From the NCBI GenBank assembly GCA_965249145.1, contig OZ252223.1:585757-649756 (forward strand): a DNA stretch of 64,000 nt, read 5' to 3'. Source of the DNA: Dehalococcoidia bacterium (lineage in GTDB: Bacteria; Chloroflexota; Dehalococcoidia; Lucifugimonadales; UBA3495). The notes beneath the pieces were generated by a model, which worked only from the letters and a program-made list of their open reading frames with translations, had not been told where the DNA came from and did no database searches. The stretch's first letter is position 1. Each line of letters opens with the position of its first letter. Position numbers and translations under genes: made by a program. Positions 29,957-39,698 of this stretch are shown here, piece after piece.

Positions 29957-30151
29957 CTACAGCTTCCTCAGTATTTCCTCGGCCACGTGCTCCCGCCCCA
30001 GTGGCACGTAGATAGTGAACGGCGTCCGCTCGCTCCAGTCGAGAATGTCGCCGTCCGGCAGGATGCGGGCAGGCAAGCCCTCTCCCTCCAAGACCTCTTT
30101 CCACATCTCGGCGATCATCAGGTTAGGCGATTTCTTGAATTCGACCCACAT
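29957..30151 (-). CDS. small soluble protein (64 aa, DUF2007-like by eye) embedded between nuoK and nuoL
   Basis: GGAG RBS 6 nt before ATG 30151. Its stop TAG directly abuts the nuoL ATG (TAGATG). Starts 12 nt after the nuoK stop. Sequence: MWVEFKKSPNLMIAEMWKEVLEGEGLPARILPDGD. Confidence 0.6.
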   Translation of the reverse strand: MWVEFKKSPNLMIAEMWKEVLEGEGLPARILPDGDILDWSERTPFTIYVPLGREHVAEEILRKL

Positions 30152-30163
30152 GCTCCGAGCTCG

Positions 30164-30493
30164 CTAGTTCCGCATCTGCGCCGCGTCGGCGAGGTCCACC
30201 GATTCGTTGGTGCGGTACATGGCAAACACGATGCCCAGTCCCAGCGCGATCTCGGCCGCCGCCACCGTGATGATGAACACCGCGAATACTTGGCCCGTCA
30301 GCACCACGCTCAGGTCCTCTCCCAGACCGGCCGGCGCCAGGTATTTCGCCATGGCCACCAAGGTCACGTTGACCGCGTTGAACATCAGTTCGATGGACAT
30401 CAACACCGCGAGCACGTTGCGCCGCGCCAATGCGCCGTAGAGCCCGATGCAGAACAGCACCGCCGAGACGATGAGGAATGCTTCTAAGGACAT
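30164..30493 (-). CDS. nuoK: NADH-quinone oxidoreductase subunit K
   Basis: 109 aa, 3 TM helices: LMSIELMFNAVNVTLVA. Confidence 0.9.
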   Translation of the reverse strand: MSLEAFLIVSAVLFCIGLYGALARRNVLAVLMSIELMFNAVNVTLVAMAKYLAPAGLGEDLSVVLTGQVFAVFIITVAAAEIALGLGIVFAMYRTNESVDLADAAQMRN

Positions 30494-30499
30494 GGCGGT

Positions 30500-31102
30500 C
30501 TATCCCGCTCCGGAGCCGGGCCCCGGGCGCGGACGCACCAGCGCCAACGCCCCGATCAAGGTGGCCAGCAGCAGTACGGACACGGCCTCGAAGGGCAGCA
30601 CGAACTTCCCGATGAGCAGGTCGGCAAGCCCGGCCTCCTGTACCTCCGCCTGCTGGTCCGGGTCGGTGATACCCGATTCCGCCAAGGATTCCGAAGTCAG
30701 GCTGACCACCGCGCCGGTCTGCACCAGGTCGACCGTGGCTTGTCCCTCCTCGGGGATGAAGTCCCACTGAGTATCCAGGGCCACCGTGACCAGGGCGGCC
30801 AAGAGCAGGGCGGCAATGACCACCGCCGGGATTTGCAATCTGTTGGGCAGGTTGCCCTGCTGGACGTCCCGCGTCAGCATCACCGCGAAGATGATAAGCA
30901 CCGAGATCGCTCCGGCGTAGATCAGCACTTGCACCACGGCCAAGAACTCGGCGCTTAGGAGCACAAAATATCCCGCCACCGCCATGAATACTGCCACCAG
31001 CAAGAGTGCCGCCCGGAACAGGTCGCGCACCAGTACTACGCCCAACGCACATCCAACGGCTACCACGCTAAGCAGCCAGAAGACTACATCCTGGAAAAAC
31101 AT
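30500..31102 (-). CDS. nuoJ: NADH-quinone oxidoreductase subunit J
   Basis: 200 aa: VQVLIYAGAISVLIIFAVML. Position in the operon. Confidence 0.85.
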   Translation of the reverse strand: MFFQDVVFWLLSVVAVGCALGVVLVRDLFRAALLLVAVFMAVAGYFVLLSAEFLAVVQVLIYAGAISVLIIFAVMLTRDVQQGNLPNRLQIPAVVIAALLLAALVTVALDTQWDFIPEEGQATVDLVQTGAVVSLTSESLAESGITDPDQQAEVQEAGLADLLIGKFVLPFEAVSVLLLATLIGALALVRPRPGPGSGAG

Positions 31103-31720
31103 CTAGGCGGCGTCCTCGGACTCGGCGGGTCCCGGAGCCAGAGCAACTTCGGGACCGTCGGGAGTGGGTCGGCGGCCAATGCGCATGCCGGACTTCTCCC
31201 GCTCGTGCCACTGCCACGACTCCCTCCCCACTTCGCGCCAATCCAACGGCCGGCCGGCCCGGGGGTCGTAGTCCTGACCTTCCAGTTGGGGCCGGAAGAA
31301 GGTGCTGGGGTGTTTGTCCGCTTGCCGCAACTGGTCGATGGTGATGACCATGTCTTTCCGAGAGTACTGTCCCTGCTCGAACCCGCTGCCCATGAACAGA
31401 GCGTCGTAGGGACAGGCTTCGACGCATAGACCGCAGAACATGCACTGCTGGATCGAAATATCGAACACTTCCAGCAGGTACTTGTCGCCCTCGGCCGGGG
31501 CGGTCTCGCTGGGGCTGGTCACTATCTTGATTATGCCCAAGGGACAATATTTGGCGCAGGACGCGCAACCGGTGCAGCGCTCTTCGTACCACACGAATTC
31601 CTCTCCCCGGAAACGCGGGTGCTGCTTCAGCCGTTCCTCGGGGTACTGCACCGTAAACGGTTTCTTGGTGAGGTTCTTCAGGGTGACCATCAGGCCCTTG
31701 ACCAGGGAGAACCCGTACAT
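31103..31720 (-). CDS. nuoI: NADH-quinone oxidoreductase subunit I (2x[4Fe-4S]) with a C-terminal extension
   Basis: CTGCASCAKYCP and CMFCGLCVEACP. About 40 extra C-terminal residues. Confidence 0.9.
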   Translation of the reverse strand: MYGFSLVKGLMVTLKNLTKKPFTVQYPEERLKQHPRFRGEEFVWYEERCTGCASCAKYCPLGIIKIVTSPSETAPAEGDKYLLEVFDISIQQCMFCGLCVEACPYDALFMGSGFEQGQYSRKDMVITIDQLRQADKHPSTFFRPQLEGQDYDPRAGRPLDWREVGRESWQWHEREKSGMRIGRRPTPDGPEVALAPGPAESEDAA

Positions 31721-31740
31721 GGCTATCCTCTGCCGACGGT

Positions 31741-31766
31741 GGATTCCCGCCTTCGCGGGAACGACG
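31741..31766. repeat. REP-like hairpin element (ATTCCCGCCTTCGCGGGAACGAC) in the nuoH-nuoI spacer
   Basis: Stem TCCCGC/GCGGGA with loop CTTC. Same architecture as 17511-17540. Its translation yields the spurious IPAFAGTT seen in track ORF 31440..31784. Confidence 0.5.
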
Positions 31767-31796
31767 CGATGGGGAGCGGGTTAGACGGGGACTCCA

Positions 31797-33014
31797 TCAG
31801 TCCCCCTCCGCGATTGTGACCCCACGGGGCGGCGTGAGAACGGCGGAGTTGGGCCGCACTTTCTCCCGCACCAGGTTGCTGAAAACCACCAAGCAACCGG
31901 CGGCCAAGCCGAGGTTAATCCCCGTCATAATCCAGAGGTCGCCGGCGGAGAGAACCCCAGCGCTGTCTCGCAGGAAATATACTTCCAGGGCCACCGCGAA
32001 CAGGCTGATGACGCTGACCGGCAACAAACATTTCCAGGCTAGGGCCAGCAGTTGGTCGATGCGCAGGCGAGGAAAGGTAGCCCGTACCCATATGAACCCG
32101 CAGGCCACCGCGCCGGTCTTGAGCAGGAACCAGAGCCAGCCCAGCCACCGGTCCACCGGGCCCTCCCAACCACTGAGAAACAGTGTGACGATCACCGCCG
32201 AAGCAGCCATTACACCACCGAACTCGGCGGCTTGGATCAGCGCGAACTTGATACCGCTGTATTCCGTGTGATAGCCGGCAATCAGCTCGGATTCGGCTTC
32301 GGCCATGTCGAACGGGGTCCGGTTCAGCTCCGCCGTGGTCCCAGCAACGAACACGAAGAACGCCAAGGGTTGCACCAGTATGAACGGCACCACCTGGGCC
32401 CCCACCACGTCGGCCAGCGACATCGACCCGGCCACCATGACCACACCGAGCAACGAAATCACCACTGGCACTTCGTAGCTGATTAGCACCGCCACTCCCC
32501 GGGCCGCCCCAAAAAGGGCGAAACGGTTGTTCGACGACCACCCAGCCATGAAGATGGCGATGGACGTGATTGAGGTCACCGCCAGTATGTACAGCACGCC
32601 CACGTTCAAATTGGCCAGGGCCGTGTCCTTGGCGAAGGGCACCACCGCCAGCATCAGCATCACGGGAGCCAGCATCGCCACCGGCACGATAAAGAACACG
32701 ATGCGGTCGGCGGTGCCGGGAACCAGGTCCTCCTTGAACAGCAGCTTCACCAAATCGGCGATGGGCTGCAGCAGGCCGAAGGGCCCCCAGCGGTTTGGCC
32801 CCAACCGGTTCTGGAACTTGCCGATCAGCCGCCGCTCCATCCAGGAAAAGACCGCCGCGCCCAACAGTACGGCGTTAATCAGCACGAACATGACCACCAA
32901 ACCGGCCACGAGGTAGGACAGCCAGCAGGGAGTCCCATGGCCGACGAAGTTGTGGACCTCGCGGAACAACACCGTGTGGTACAGGACGTTGTCCGGGCTG
33001 ATCGCGCAGCTCAC
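31797..33014 (-). CDS. nuoH: NADH-quinone oxidoreductase subunit H
   Basis: WMERRLIGKFQNRLGPNRWGPFGLLQPIAD. GTG start overlaps the nuoD TGA. The N-terminal roughly 35 aa are uncertain. Confidence 0.9.
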   Translation of the reverse strand: MSCAISPDNVLYHTVLFREVHNFVGHGTPCWLSYLVAGLVVMFVLINAVLLGAAVFSWMERRLIGKFQNRLGPNRWGPFGLLQPIADLVKLLFKEDLVPGTADRIVFFIVPVAMLAPVMLMLAVVPFAKDTALANLNVGVLYILAVTSITSIAIFMAGWSSNNRFALFGAARGVAVLISYEVPVVISLLGVVMVAGSMSLADVVGAQVVPFILVQPLAFFVFVAGTTAELNRTPFDMAEAESELIAGYHTEYSGIKFALIQAAEFGGVMAASAVIVTLFLSGWEGPVDRWLGWLWFLLKTGAVACGFIWVRATFPRLRIDQLLALAWKCLLPVSVISLFAVALEVYFLRDSAGVLSAGDLWIMTGINLGLAAGCLVVFSNLVREKVRPNSAVLTPPRGVTIAEGD

Positions 33015-34117
33015 CGGTCGACTTCACCCATATTGATGTCGAGGCTGCCCAAGGTCACGATCATGTCGGCCAGCCGCCAGCCAACCAACAAGTGCTCCGT
33101 TACGGTCAAATTGATTAGCGAGGGTGATCGGATCTTGCAGCGATAGGGGCTAATGCCGCCATCGCTCACCAGGTAGAAGGCTAGTTCGCCCTTGGAGGCT
33201 TCCACCCGCCCGTAGGCCTCGACTCCGGGCTCGGGGCGCAGCACCAAGGGAACGTCGTCGCGCACCGGTCCCGGCTCGATCTGATCGATGCACTGCCGGA
33301 TGATGCGGACGCTCTGCGTTATCTCTTGCATCCGCACCCAAAACCGGTCGTAGTTGTCGCCGTTGGTTGCGGTCGGAACGTCGAACTCCACCTGGTCGTA
33401 GGCATCGTAGGGCTCGGCCTTGCGCCAGTCCCAGGCCAAGCCGCTGGCCCGCAGCACCGGGCCGCTCACCGAGGCGTTGATGGCAACGTCCAAGGGCAAT
33501 AGGCTGACCCCTCTCGTGCGCACCATCACAATCTCGTTCTCCAAGATCAGGTCTTCCAGCTCCTTGAATTCCTCCTCGAAGTCCTCAAGGAACTGGTCCA
33601 AGGCAGGCCAGAAATCGGCCGGGGCGTCGAAGAACACCCCACCGGGGCGCATGTAGCTCACCGTGATTCGCGCGCCGCAGAGCATTTCGAAGAGGTCAAG
33701 AATCCGTTCTCTGGAGCGGAAGCAATACATCAGAGGGGTGCCCAGCGTGCCCAAGTCCTGCAGAATGAAGCCGATGCCCATCAGATGCGAGGCGATGCGC
33801 TGCAGCTCGGCCGTAAGCGTTCGCAGGTACTTGCCCCGGGGTGGCGCCTCCGAACCCAACAGCCGCTCGACCGCCAAGCAGTAGGCTTGGTTATTGATCA
33901 TCGACGAAACGTAGTCGAGGCGGTCGGTTAGGGTGACTACCTGGGTATAGTTGCGCTCTTCCGCCAGCTTTTCGGTGCCACGGTGCAGGTAGCCGAACAC
34001 CGGCTCCACCTGGATTATGTCCTCGCCGTCGAAGGTGACCCGCAACCGGAACACCCCATGGGTGCTGGGGTGCTGCGGCCCGATGTTAACCGTCATCGGT
34101 TCGGTGCGGATCGTCAC
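33011..34117 (-). CDS. nuoD: NADH-quinone oxidoreductase subunit D
   Basis: NIGPQHPSTHGVFRL, HRGTEKLAE, C-terminal SLDINMGEVDR. Confidence 0.95.
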   Translation of the reverse strand: MTIRTEPMTVNIGPQHPSTHGVFRLRVTFDGEDIIQVEPVFGYLHRGTEKLAEERNYTQVVTLTDRLDYVSSMINNQAYCLAVERLLGSEAPPRGKYLRTLTAELQRIASHLMGIGFILQDLGTLGTPLMYCFRSRERILDLFEMLCGARITVSYMRPGGVFFDAPADFWPALDQFLEDFEEEFKELEDLILENEIVMVRTRGVSLLPLDVAINASVSGPVLRASGLAWDWRKAEPYDAYDQVEFDVPTATNGDNYDRFWVRMQEITQSVRIIRQCIDQIEPGPVRDDVPLVLRPEPGVEAYGRVEASKGELAFYLVSDGGISPYRCKIRSPSLINLTVTEHLLVGWRLADMIVTLGSLDINMGEVDR

Positions 34118-34561
34118 TTAGAGATAGTCCTTCCGGAGGGGATGGCCGTCGAAACCCTCCCAGAGCATGATCCGCTTCATGTTCGGGTGGCCCTCGAAGC
34201 GGATGCCCATCAGGTCCCACACCTCCCGCTCCTGGAAGTCCGCGCCGCGCCACAGGTGGTAAACCGAAGGCGCCGAGAGATCGTCGCGGCCGTGGAGCCG
34301 GGATTTGACGATGGCCTTGTGTTCCTTCCGGAATGACGTCAAGTGGTAAACCAATTCGAAGTGCCCGATATAGTCGATGGCCGAGATGGAGTTTAGAAAC
34401 TGGAAGTCCAGGTCCTCGTCGTCCCGGAGGAACTGGGCAACTCTGGCCACCGCGTCGGGCGTTACGTATACGGTATCGTCATTCGAGTCCACCACCGAAC
34501 CGGGAATGGCTGCCCCAACACGTTCGGCCAACTCCGCGCCGGATAGTTGGGCCAAAGCCAT
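34118..34561 (-). CDS. nuoC: NADH-quinone oxidoreductase subunit C
   Basis: 147 aa: ADFQEREVWDLMGIRFEGHPNMKRIML. Confidence 0.9.
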   Translation of the reverse strand: MALAQLSGAELAERVGAAIPGSVVDSNDDTVYVTPDAVARVAQFLRDDEDLDFQFLNSISAIDYIGHFELVYHLTSFRKEHKAIVKSRLHGRDDLSAPSVYHLWRGADFQEREVWDLMGIRFEGHPNMKRIMLWEGFDGHPLRKDYL

Positions 34562-35235
34562 TAAGCGCCCTCGCCCGAGTCGTCGGCTTCTTGTTGGTTG
34601 CGGCTGGAACGGCGAGGCAGCAGCGAGCCGAAGGGGCTCTTGGGTTGGCTCCGGTACTTCTTGATCTTCTCGTGGAGCTCCATTATCCCGTAGAGGAGCG
34701 CGTCAGGACGTGGCGGACAGCCGGGTACGTAAACGTCGACCGGCACAATATGGTCGACGCCGGGAACGACGCTGTAGGAACCGTAGTAGGGTCCCCCGCT
34801 GGTGGCGCAAACGCCCATGGAAATAACCCATTTGGGGTCGCCCATCTGGTCGTAGATGCGCCGGATCGCTGGCGACATCTTCCAGGTGACCGTCCCCGCC
34901 ACTATCATCAAATCCGCTTGGCGCGGCGAGGCCCGGAAGGCTTCCATCCCGAACCGGGCGATGTCGAACCGCCCCATGCTGCTGGCGATCATCTCGAAGG
35001 CGCAACAGGCCAACCCGAATGTCACGGGCCAGAGGGCCGACTTGCGGCTCCAGTTCACCAGCGCGTCGACCGAAGTGACCATCAGGTTGTTCTTCAGGTC
35101 CTCGGGTACTTCGATGGTGGGCTCGGCCAAGGGTGCAACCGAGGCATCTTTCAACTCTTGCACGGTCCGCCCTTCGTCGCGGTCCAAGTGCCAAGTGTGC
35201 AGGTGAAGAGGACCGTTGCCTTGAGGTGAAACCAC
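34561..35235 (-). CDS. nuoB: NADH-quinone oxidoreductase subunit B (start uncertain; N- and C-terminal extensions)
   Basis: [40 protein letters not shown]. Confidence 0.9.
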   Translation of the reverse strand: MVSPQGNGPLHLHTWHLDRDEGRTVQELKDASVAPLAEPTIEVPEDLKNNLMVTSVDALVNWSRKSALWPVTFGLACCAFEMIASSMGRFDIARFGMEAFRASPRQADLMIVAGTVTWKMSPAIRRIYDQMGDPKWVISMGVCATSGGPYYGSYSVVPGVDHIVPVDVYVPGCPPRPDALLYGIMELHEKIKKYRSQPKSPFGSLLPRRSSRNQQEADDSGEGA

Positions 35236-35245
35236 GCTGCCTCCC

Positions 35246-35632
35246 TTAGGCCCATTCCAGGTCGCGCTTGCGCCATGCGTAGGCCCAGCCGACCATTAGG
35301 ACCCCGACAAATACCGCCATCTCGATGAGGGCGAAAAGTTCCAGCCGCAGAAACTTGGTGGCCCAAGGGTAGAGGAAAATCACCTCGACGTCGAAGATAA
35401 CGAACAATATGGCAAACATGTAATAGCGAAAATTGAACAGGTTCCAGCGTCCGCCGATCGCCTCCATCCCGCATTCGTACGTTTCCGACTTCACCGCCGT
35501 GGGCGAGCTGGGTCTAAAGCCGATCTTGGAGGCCCCCCAAGACAGCATCAGCATGCTCACGGGGACGATGATGGCGATGGCAAGGAATATGGCGATCAGG
35601 CCGTATTGCCTGAAGTAGTCGTCTAAAAGCAT
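35246..35632 (-). CDS. nuoA: NADH-quinone oxidoreductase subunit A
   Basis: 128 aa: [39 protein letters not shown]. Confidence 0.9.
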   Translation of the reverse strand: MLLDDYFRQYGLIAIFLAIAIIVPVSMLMLSWGASKIGFRPSSPTAVKSETYECGMEAIGGRWNLFNFRYYMFAILFVIFDVEVIFLYPWATKFLRLELFALIEMAVFVGVLMVGWAYAWRKRDLEWA

Positions 35633-35683
35633 CGGCGCAGCGCTAGCCAGATAGTCTAAGAACGGGCGCTCAAAACCGGCTAG

Positions 35684-35712
35684 ATTATATCAGAGACTCG
35701 CCGGGCTGCTAA
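35684..35712 (-). promoter_or_regulatory. candidate nuo promoter (TTAGCA-17-TATAAT)
   Basis: On the minus strand: -35 TTAGCA (35712-35707), 17-nt spacer, -10 TATAAT (35689-35684), about 50 nt upstream of the nuoA ATG. Confidence 0.35.
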
Positions 35713-35762
35713 TATATCCAGTGCGAACAACAAGCAGGAATCCGCACGGGAAAGGGGGCAGC

Positions 35763-36983
35763 GTGACCCAAGCATCAGACGCCCAGACCAAGGGCCCGCT
35801 CGTCGGCCTCCGGGTGCTCGATCTTTCGATGATCGTGGCCGGAGGCACGGCCAGCAGCCTGATGGCCGACTTCGGGGCCGAAGTCGTGAAGATCGAGCGG
35901 CCCGGCGGCGGCGACCCGCTCCGTAATTGGGGGCCCTTCGCCAACGGTGTCTCCCTGTGGTGGAAGGTCCACTCCCGCAACAAGAAATCGGTCACTCTCA
36001 ACCTCGGCTCACCCGAGGGCCAAGAGTTGCTGAAACGACTGGCGAGCGAGGCCGACGTGCTGATCGAGGGCTTTCGGCCCGGAGTCATGGAGCGCTGGGG
36101 GCTGGGTCCCGACGCCCTCCAGGAGGTTAATCCGCGACTGATCATGTTGCGCTACTCCGGTTTCGGCCAGACCGGTCCCTACAAGGAGCGGCCCGGCTTC
36201 GGCACCATCGCCGAATGCATGAGCGGCTACGTCGCCATGACCGGCTTTCAGGACACGCCGCCGGTATTGCCACCCGTGCCACTGGCCGACGAGGTTGCCG
36301 GTGTTTTCGGCGCCATGGCGGGCATGATGGCCATCTACCACCGGGACAGTGGTGGTTCCGGCAAAGGGCAGGTGGTCGACGTCAGCCTCTTCGAGCCGCT
36401 GTTCCGCCTGTGCATCCCCCACGTCACTATCTACGACCTGCTGGGCATCAGCCGCGAGCGCGTGGGCAATGATTTCCCCGACGCGGCGCCCCGCAGCCTC
36501 TACCGTACCGGAGACGACCGGTGGCTCGGGCTTTCCGCGACGTCCCAAAGCACCTTCGAGAACCTGGCCCGCGCCATGGGTCTCCCGGAGATGATCGACC
36601 GGCCAGCCTTCGGGGACAACAGGTCCCGCATCGAAAACCGCGCCGAGCTGAACGAGGAGTTGGACGCCTGGCTGGGCCAGCGCCCCTTGGACCAAGTGAT
36701 GGAGGAACTGGTCCCGGCGGGCGGAGTCGTGGGCCCGGTCTACAGCGCCGCCCAAATCGTGAACGACCCGCACTATCAAGCGCGGGAGGACATCATCGAG
36801 ATTGACGACGACGAACTCGGTCATACACGTATGCTGGGTGTCGTTCCCAAGTTCAGCGATACCCCCGGCGCGGTCGAGCACGCCGGGCCTCGCGTGGGCC
36901 AACACAACTCCCAGATATACGCCAGTTGGCTGGGCCTCAACGAAGAACAATTGGCAGCACTCACCGAGCAGGGAGCCATATGA
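35763..36983 (+). CDS. CoA transferase, family III (CaiB/BaiF)
   Basis: GPLVGLRVLDLSMIVAGGTASSLMADFGAEVVKIERPGGGDPLR. GTG 35763 is preceded by AAGGGGG (the track ORF starts at 35721). Confidence 0.85.
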   Translation: MTQASDAQTKGPLVGLRVLDLSMIVAGGTASSLMADFGAEVVKIERPGGGDPLRNWGPFANGVSLWWKVHSRNKKSVTLNLGSPEGQELLKRLASEADVLIEGFRPGVMERWGLGPDALQEVNPRLIMLRYSGFGQTGPYKERPGFGTIAECMSGYVAMTGFQDTPPVLPPVPLADEVAGVFGAMAGMMAIYHRDSGGSGKGQVVDVSLFEPLFRLCIPHVTIYDLLGISRERVGNDFPDAAPRSLYRTGDDRWLGLSATSQSTFENLARAMGLPEMIDRPAFGDNRSRIENRAELNEELDAWLGQRPLDQVMEELVPAGGVVGPVYSAAQIVNDPHYQAREDIIEIDDDELGHTRMLGVVPKFSDTPGAVEHAGPRVGQHNSQIYASWLGLNEEQLAALTEQGAI

Positions 36984-37633
36984 GCCGGGACAGCCGTCGT
37001 CGCCTGCTGGTCGCCACCGGCAACCCAGGCAAGCTCCGGGAATACGCGGAACTCTTGCGGGACGCGCCCTTCGATTTGGTGTCGCTGAGCGACTTGGGCA
37101 TCAGCCACCAGGTCGAGGAAACGGGCGCAACCTTCGCCGAAAACGCTTGGCTCAAGGCTTCAGAATATGCCACCGTCAGCGGCATGCTCACCCTGGCCGA
37201 CGATTCGGGGTTGGAGGTGGACGCCCTAGCCGGCGAGCCCGGCGTCAAGTCGGCCCGCTACGGAGGCGATGACTGCCATTCCGACGCCGACCGGGTGGCT
37301 CTCCTGCTGCGCAATCTGGAGGGAGTGCCTTGGGAGAAACGCACGGCCCGGTTTCGCTGCGTGATCAACATTGCCAACCCGGCCCCCGAAAACGGGATGC
37401 GCCCGGAGCGGCTGACCTCCATAGTTGGGTCGGTGGCGGGGATGATACAATACACGCCGAAGGGTGAAGACGGTTTCGGCTACGATCCGGTCTTCTACTT
37501 GCCGTCCTTCGACCGGACCGTGGCCCAGCTTGCCTTGGCGGACAAGAACCTGATCAGCCATCGTGGCAACGCCGCCGCCGGGGCCGTCAAACTTCTCGGG
37601 GACCGGTATCCGGCACTGGCCCAAACTCCATGA
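36980..37633 (+). CDS. rdgB: non-canonical purine NTP pyrophosphatase (RdgB/HAM1)
   Basis: LLVATGNPGKLREY, FGYDPVFY, ISHRG. ATG 36980 overlaps the upstream TGA (ATGA). Confidence 0.9.
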   Translation: MSRDSRRRLLVATGNPGKLREYAELLRDAPFDLVSLSDLGISHQVEETGATFAENAWLKASEYATVSGMLTLADDSGLEVDALAGEPGVKSARYGGDDCHSDADRVALLLRNLEGVPWEKRTARFRCVINIANPAPENGMRPERLTSIVGSVAGMIQYTPKGEDGFGYDPVFYLPSFDRTVAQLALADKNLISHRGNAAAGAVKLLGDRYPALAQTP

Positions 37634-37651
37634 GAGCGCTCCGATAGCCAA

Positions 37652-38665
37652 ATGGTATTAGACACATTCGGCAGGCCCATGCGGGACCTGCGCATCTCGG
37701 TCACCGACCGCTGCAACTTCCGTTGCCCCTACTGCATGCCCGCCGAGATATTCGGCGAAGCCTACGAATTCCTGCCCCGTGAGGACATACTCACCTTCGA
37801 GGAAATCGTCAGGCTTGCCCGCCTCTTCGCCGAATTCGGCGTGACCAAGGCCCGCATTACCGGCGGTGAGCCGCTGTTGCGCACCGAGCTCGCGCAACTG
37901 ATCACCATGATAGCGGAGGTCGAGGGCGTCGACGATGTGACCCTCACCACCAACGGCTACCTGCTGGCCCAACAAGCCGAGGAGCTCAAAGCCGCCGGAC
38001 TGGACCGCATCACGGTCAGTTTGGACAGCTTGGACGACGAAGTCTTCAAACAGATGAACGGCCGCGGCTTTGGCACCAGGCGCGTCCTGCATTCAATCCA
38101 GCGGGCTGCCGAGGTTGGGTTGTCCCCGGTCAAGATCAACGCCGTAATCCAGCGAGGCGTCAACGATCACACGGTGGTCGACCTGGCCCGCCACTTCAAG
38201 GGGACCGGCCACATCGTGCGCTTCATCGAGTATATGGATGTCGGCAACCGCAACGGCTGGAAGCTCGACCAAGTGGTGAGCGCCGAAGAAATCATCGCCC
38301 GCATCGACGCCGAGATGCCTTTGGAACCATTGGAGAGCAACTACTCCGGTGAGGTCGCCGAGCGCTACCGCTACCGGGACGGGGAGGGCGAGATAGGAAT
38401 CATCGCCTCGGTGACCCGCCCCTTCTGCGGCGCCTGCACCCGTCTGCGGCTGTCCACCGACGGACAGATTTTCACCTGCCTTTTCGCCAGCCGGGGCGTG
38501 AGCCTGCGCGACCCGATGCGGGCTGGCGCAACCGACGACGAGCTCCGCGAGTTGATCGCCGGAATCTGGTCCCGGCGCAGCGACCGCTACTCCGAAGAGC
38601 GTGCCGCCAACACCCCTGGCGTCCCCACCCCGCAAAAAATCGAGATGTACCAGATAGGCGGGTAA
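37652..38665 (+). CDS. moaA: GTP 3',8-cyclase (radical SAM)
   Basis: [19 protein letters not shown], with C-terminal [13 protein letters not shown]. Confidence 0.95.
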   Translation: MVLDTFGRPMRDLRISVTDRCNFRCPYCMPAEIFGEAYEFLPREDILTFEEIVRLARLFAEFGVTKARITGGEPLLRTELAQLITMIAEVEGVDDVTLTTNGYLLAQQAEELKAAGLDRITVSLDSLDDEVFKQMNGRGFGTRRVLHSIQRAAEVGLSPVKINAVIQRGVNDHTVVDLARHFKGTGHIVRFIEYMDVGNRNGWKLDQVVSAEEIIARIDAEMPLEPLESNYSGEVAERYRYRDGEGEIGIIASVTRPFCGACTRLRLSTDGQIFTCLFASRGVSLRDPMRAGATDDELRELIAGIWSRRSDRYSEERAANTPGVPTPQKIEMYQIGG

Positions 38666-38669
38666 CGCG

Positions 38670-39173
38670 TTGGCTGATGGTCCGGTAGTGATCTATACCG
38701 ACGGAGCGTGCATCGGTAATCCGGGTCCGGGCGGTTACGGCGCAGTGTTGCTTTCGGGGAATCACCGGAAGGAGATTTCCGGGGGATACGCCGAAACGAC
38801 CAACAACCGCATGGAGCTAATGGCCGCGATCGTCGGTCTCGAAGCGCTGGCCCGGCCCTGCGCCGTAACCGTCTATAGCGATTCCAAATACCTCGTCGAT
38901 GCGGTCGAAAAGGGCTGGGCCCGCCGCTGGAAGGCCAATAGCTGGATGCGGAACCGAAAGGAGCCAGCGATAAATCCTGACCTCTGGGAAAGGCTCCTAG
39001 CCAACGTGGACAAGCACACCGTCGAGTTTCGCTGGGTGCGCGGCCACTCCGGAAACAAGGAAAATGAGCGCTGCGACCAGATGGCCACGCAGGCGGCCCG
39101 AGGCCAAGACCTTCCCGAAGACTCAGGCTATGGGACAACCACCAAGAAGCACCTGTTCCAGCAAGAACGCTGA
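38670..39173 (+). CDS. rnhA: ribonuclease HI
   Basis: TTG start. [41 protein letters not shown]. Confidence 0.9.
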   Translation: MADGPVVIYTDGACIGNPGPGGYGAVLLSGNHRKEISGGYAETTNNRMELMAAIVGLEALARPCAVTVYSDSKYLVDAVEKGWARRWKANSWMRNRKEPAINPDLWERLLANVDKHTVEFRWVRGHSGNKENERCDQMATQAARGQDLPEDSGYGTTTKKHLFQQER

Positions 39174-39188
39174 CCGGCGGATGAAAGC

Positions 39189-39683
39189 ATGTCGCTAGAA
39201 AAATCGGAGACCCTCACCCACCTCGACGAAGAGGGCCGGGCCCGCATGGTGGACGTAGGGGCCAAGGAGATTACCAGCCGCGAGGCCGTCGCACGCGGCT
39301 ATGTCTCCATCCAGCCCGAAACGGCGCGTCTGATCCGGGAGGGGCTGATGAAGAAGGGCGACGTGCTCACCGTGGCCCAATTGGCCGGGATCATGGGGGC
39401 CAAAAAGACCTCCGAACTGATCCCGCTATGCCACCCACTGCCATTGGACAAGGTGAACGTCGACCTGGAATTGGATGGCGAGCAGAGCAGGATTAACGTC
39501 ACCGCCACCGCCAGCACCTCGGCGCGTACCGGCGTGGAGATGGAGGCGCTGACCGCCGTGTCGGTCGCCGCCCTTACCCTCTACGATATGTGCAAGTCCG
39601 TCGACCGGGGCATCCGCATCGAGGGCATCCGCTTGGTCCGCAAGCGTGGCGGACAAAGCGGCGACATCGATCTGGAAGACTAG
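39189..39683 (+). CDS. moaC: cyclic pyranopterin monophosphate synthase
   Basis: [34 protein letters not shown]. Confidence 0.95.
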   Translation: MSLEKSETLTHLDEEGRARMVDVGAKEITSREAVARGYVSIQPETARLIREGLMKKGDVLTVAQLAGIMGAKKTSELIPLCHPLPLDKVNVDLELDGEQSRINVTATASTSARTGVEMEALTAVSVAALTLYDMCKSVDRGIRIEGIRLVRKRGGQSGDIDLED

Positions 39684-39698
39684 CCCGAGAGGGAGACG

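Noticed and set aside
35633-35720. The strand-switch point (minus-strand block 16.7-35.6 kb, plus-strand block after it) as a replication origin.
   Set aside because: There are no DnaA-box clusters (TTATCCACA-like), no dnaA or dnaN nearby, and the region is only 88 bp. It was interpreted as a divergent promoter region.
37634-37651. Moco riboswitch upstream of moaA.
   Set aside because: Only 18 nt separate rdgB and moaA, which leaves no room for the roughly 130-nt riboswitch.
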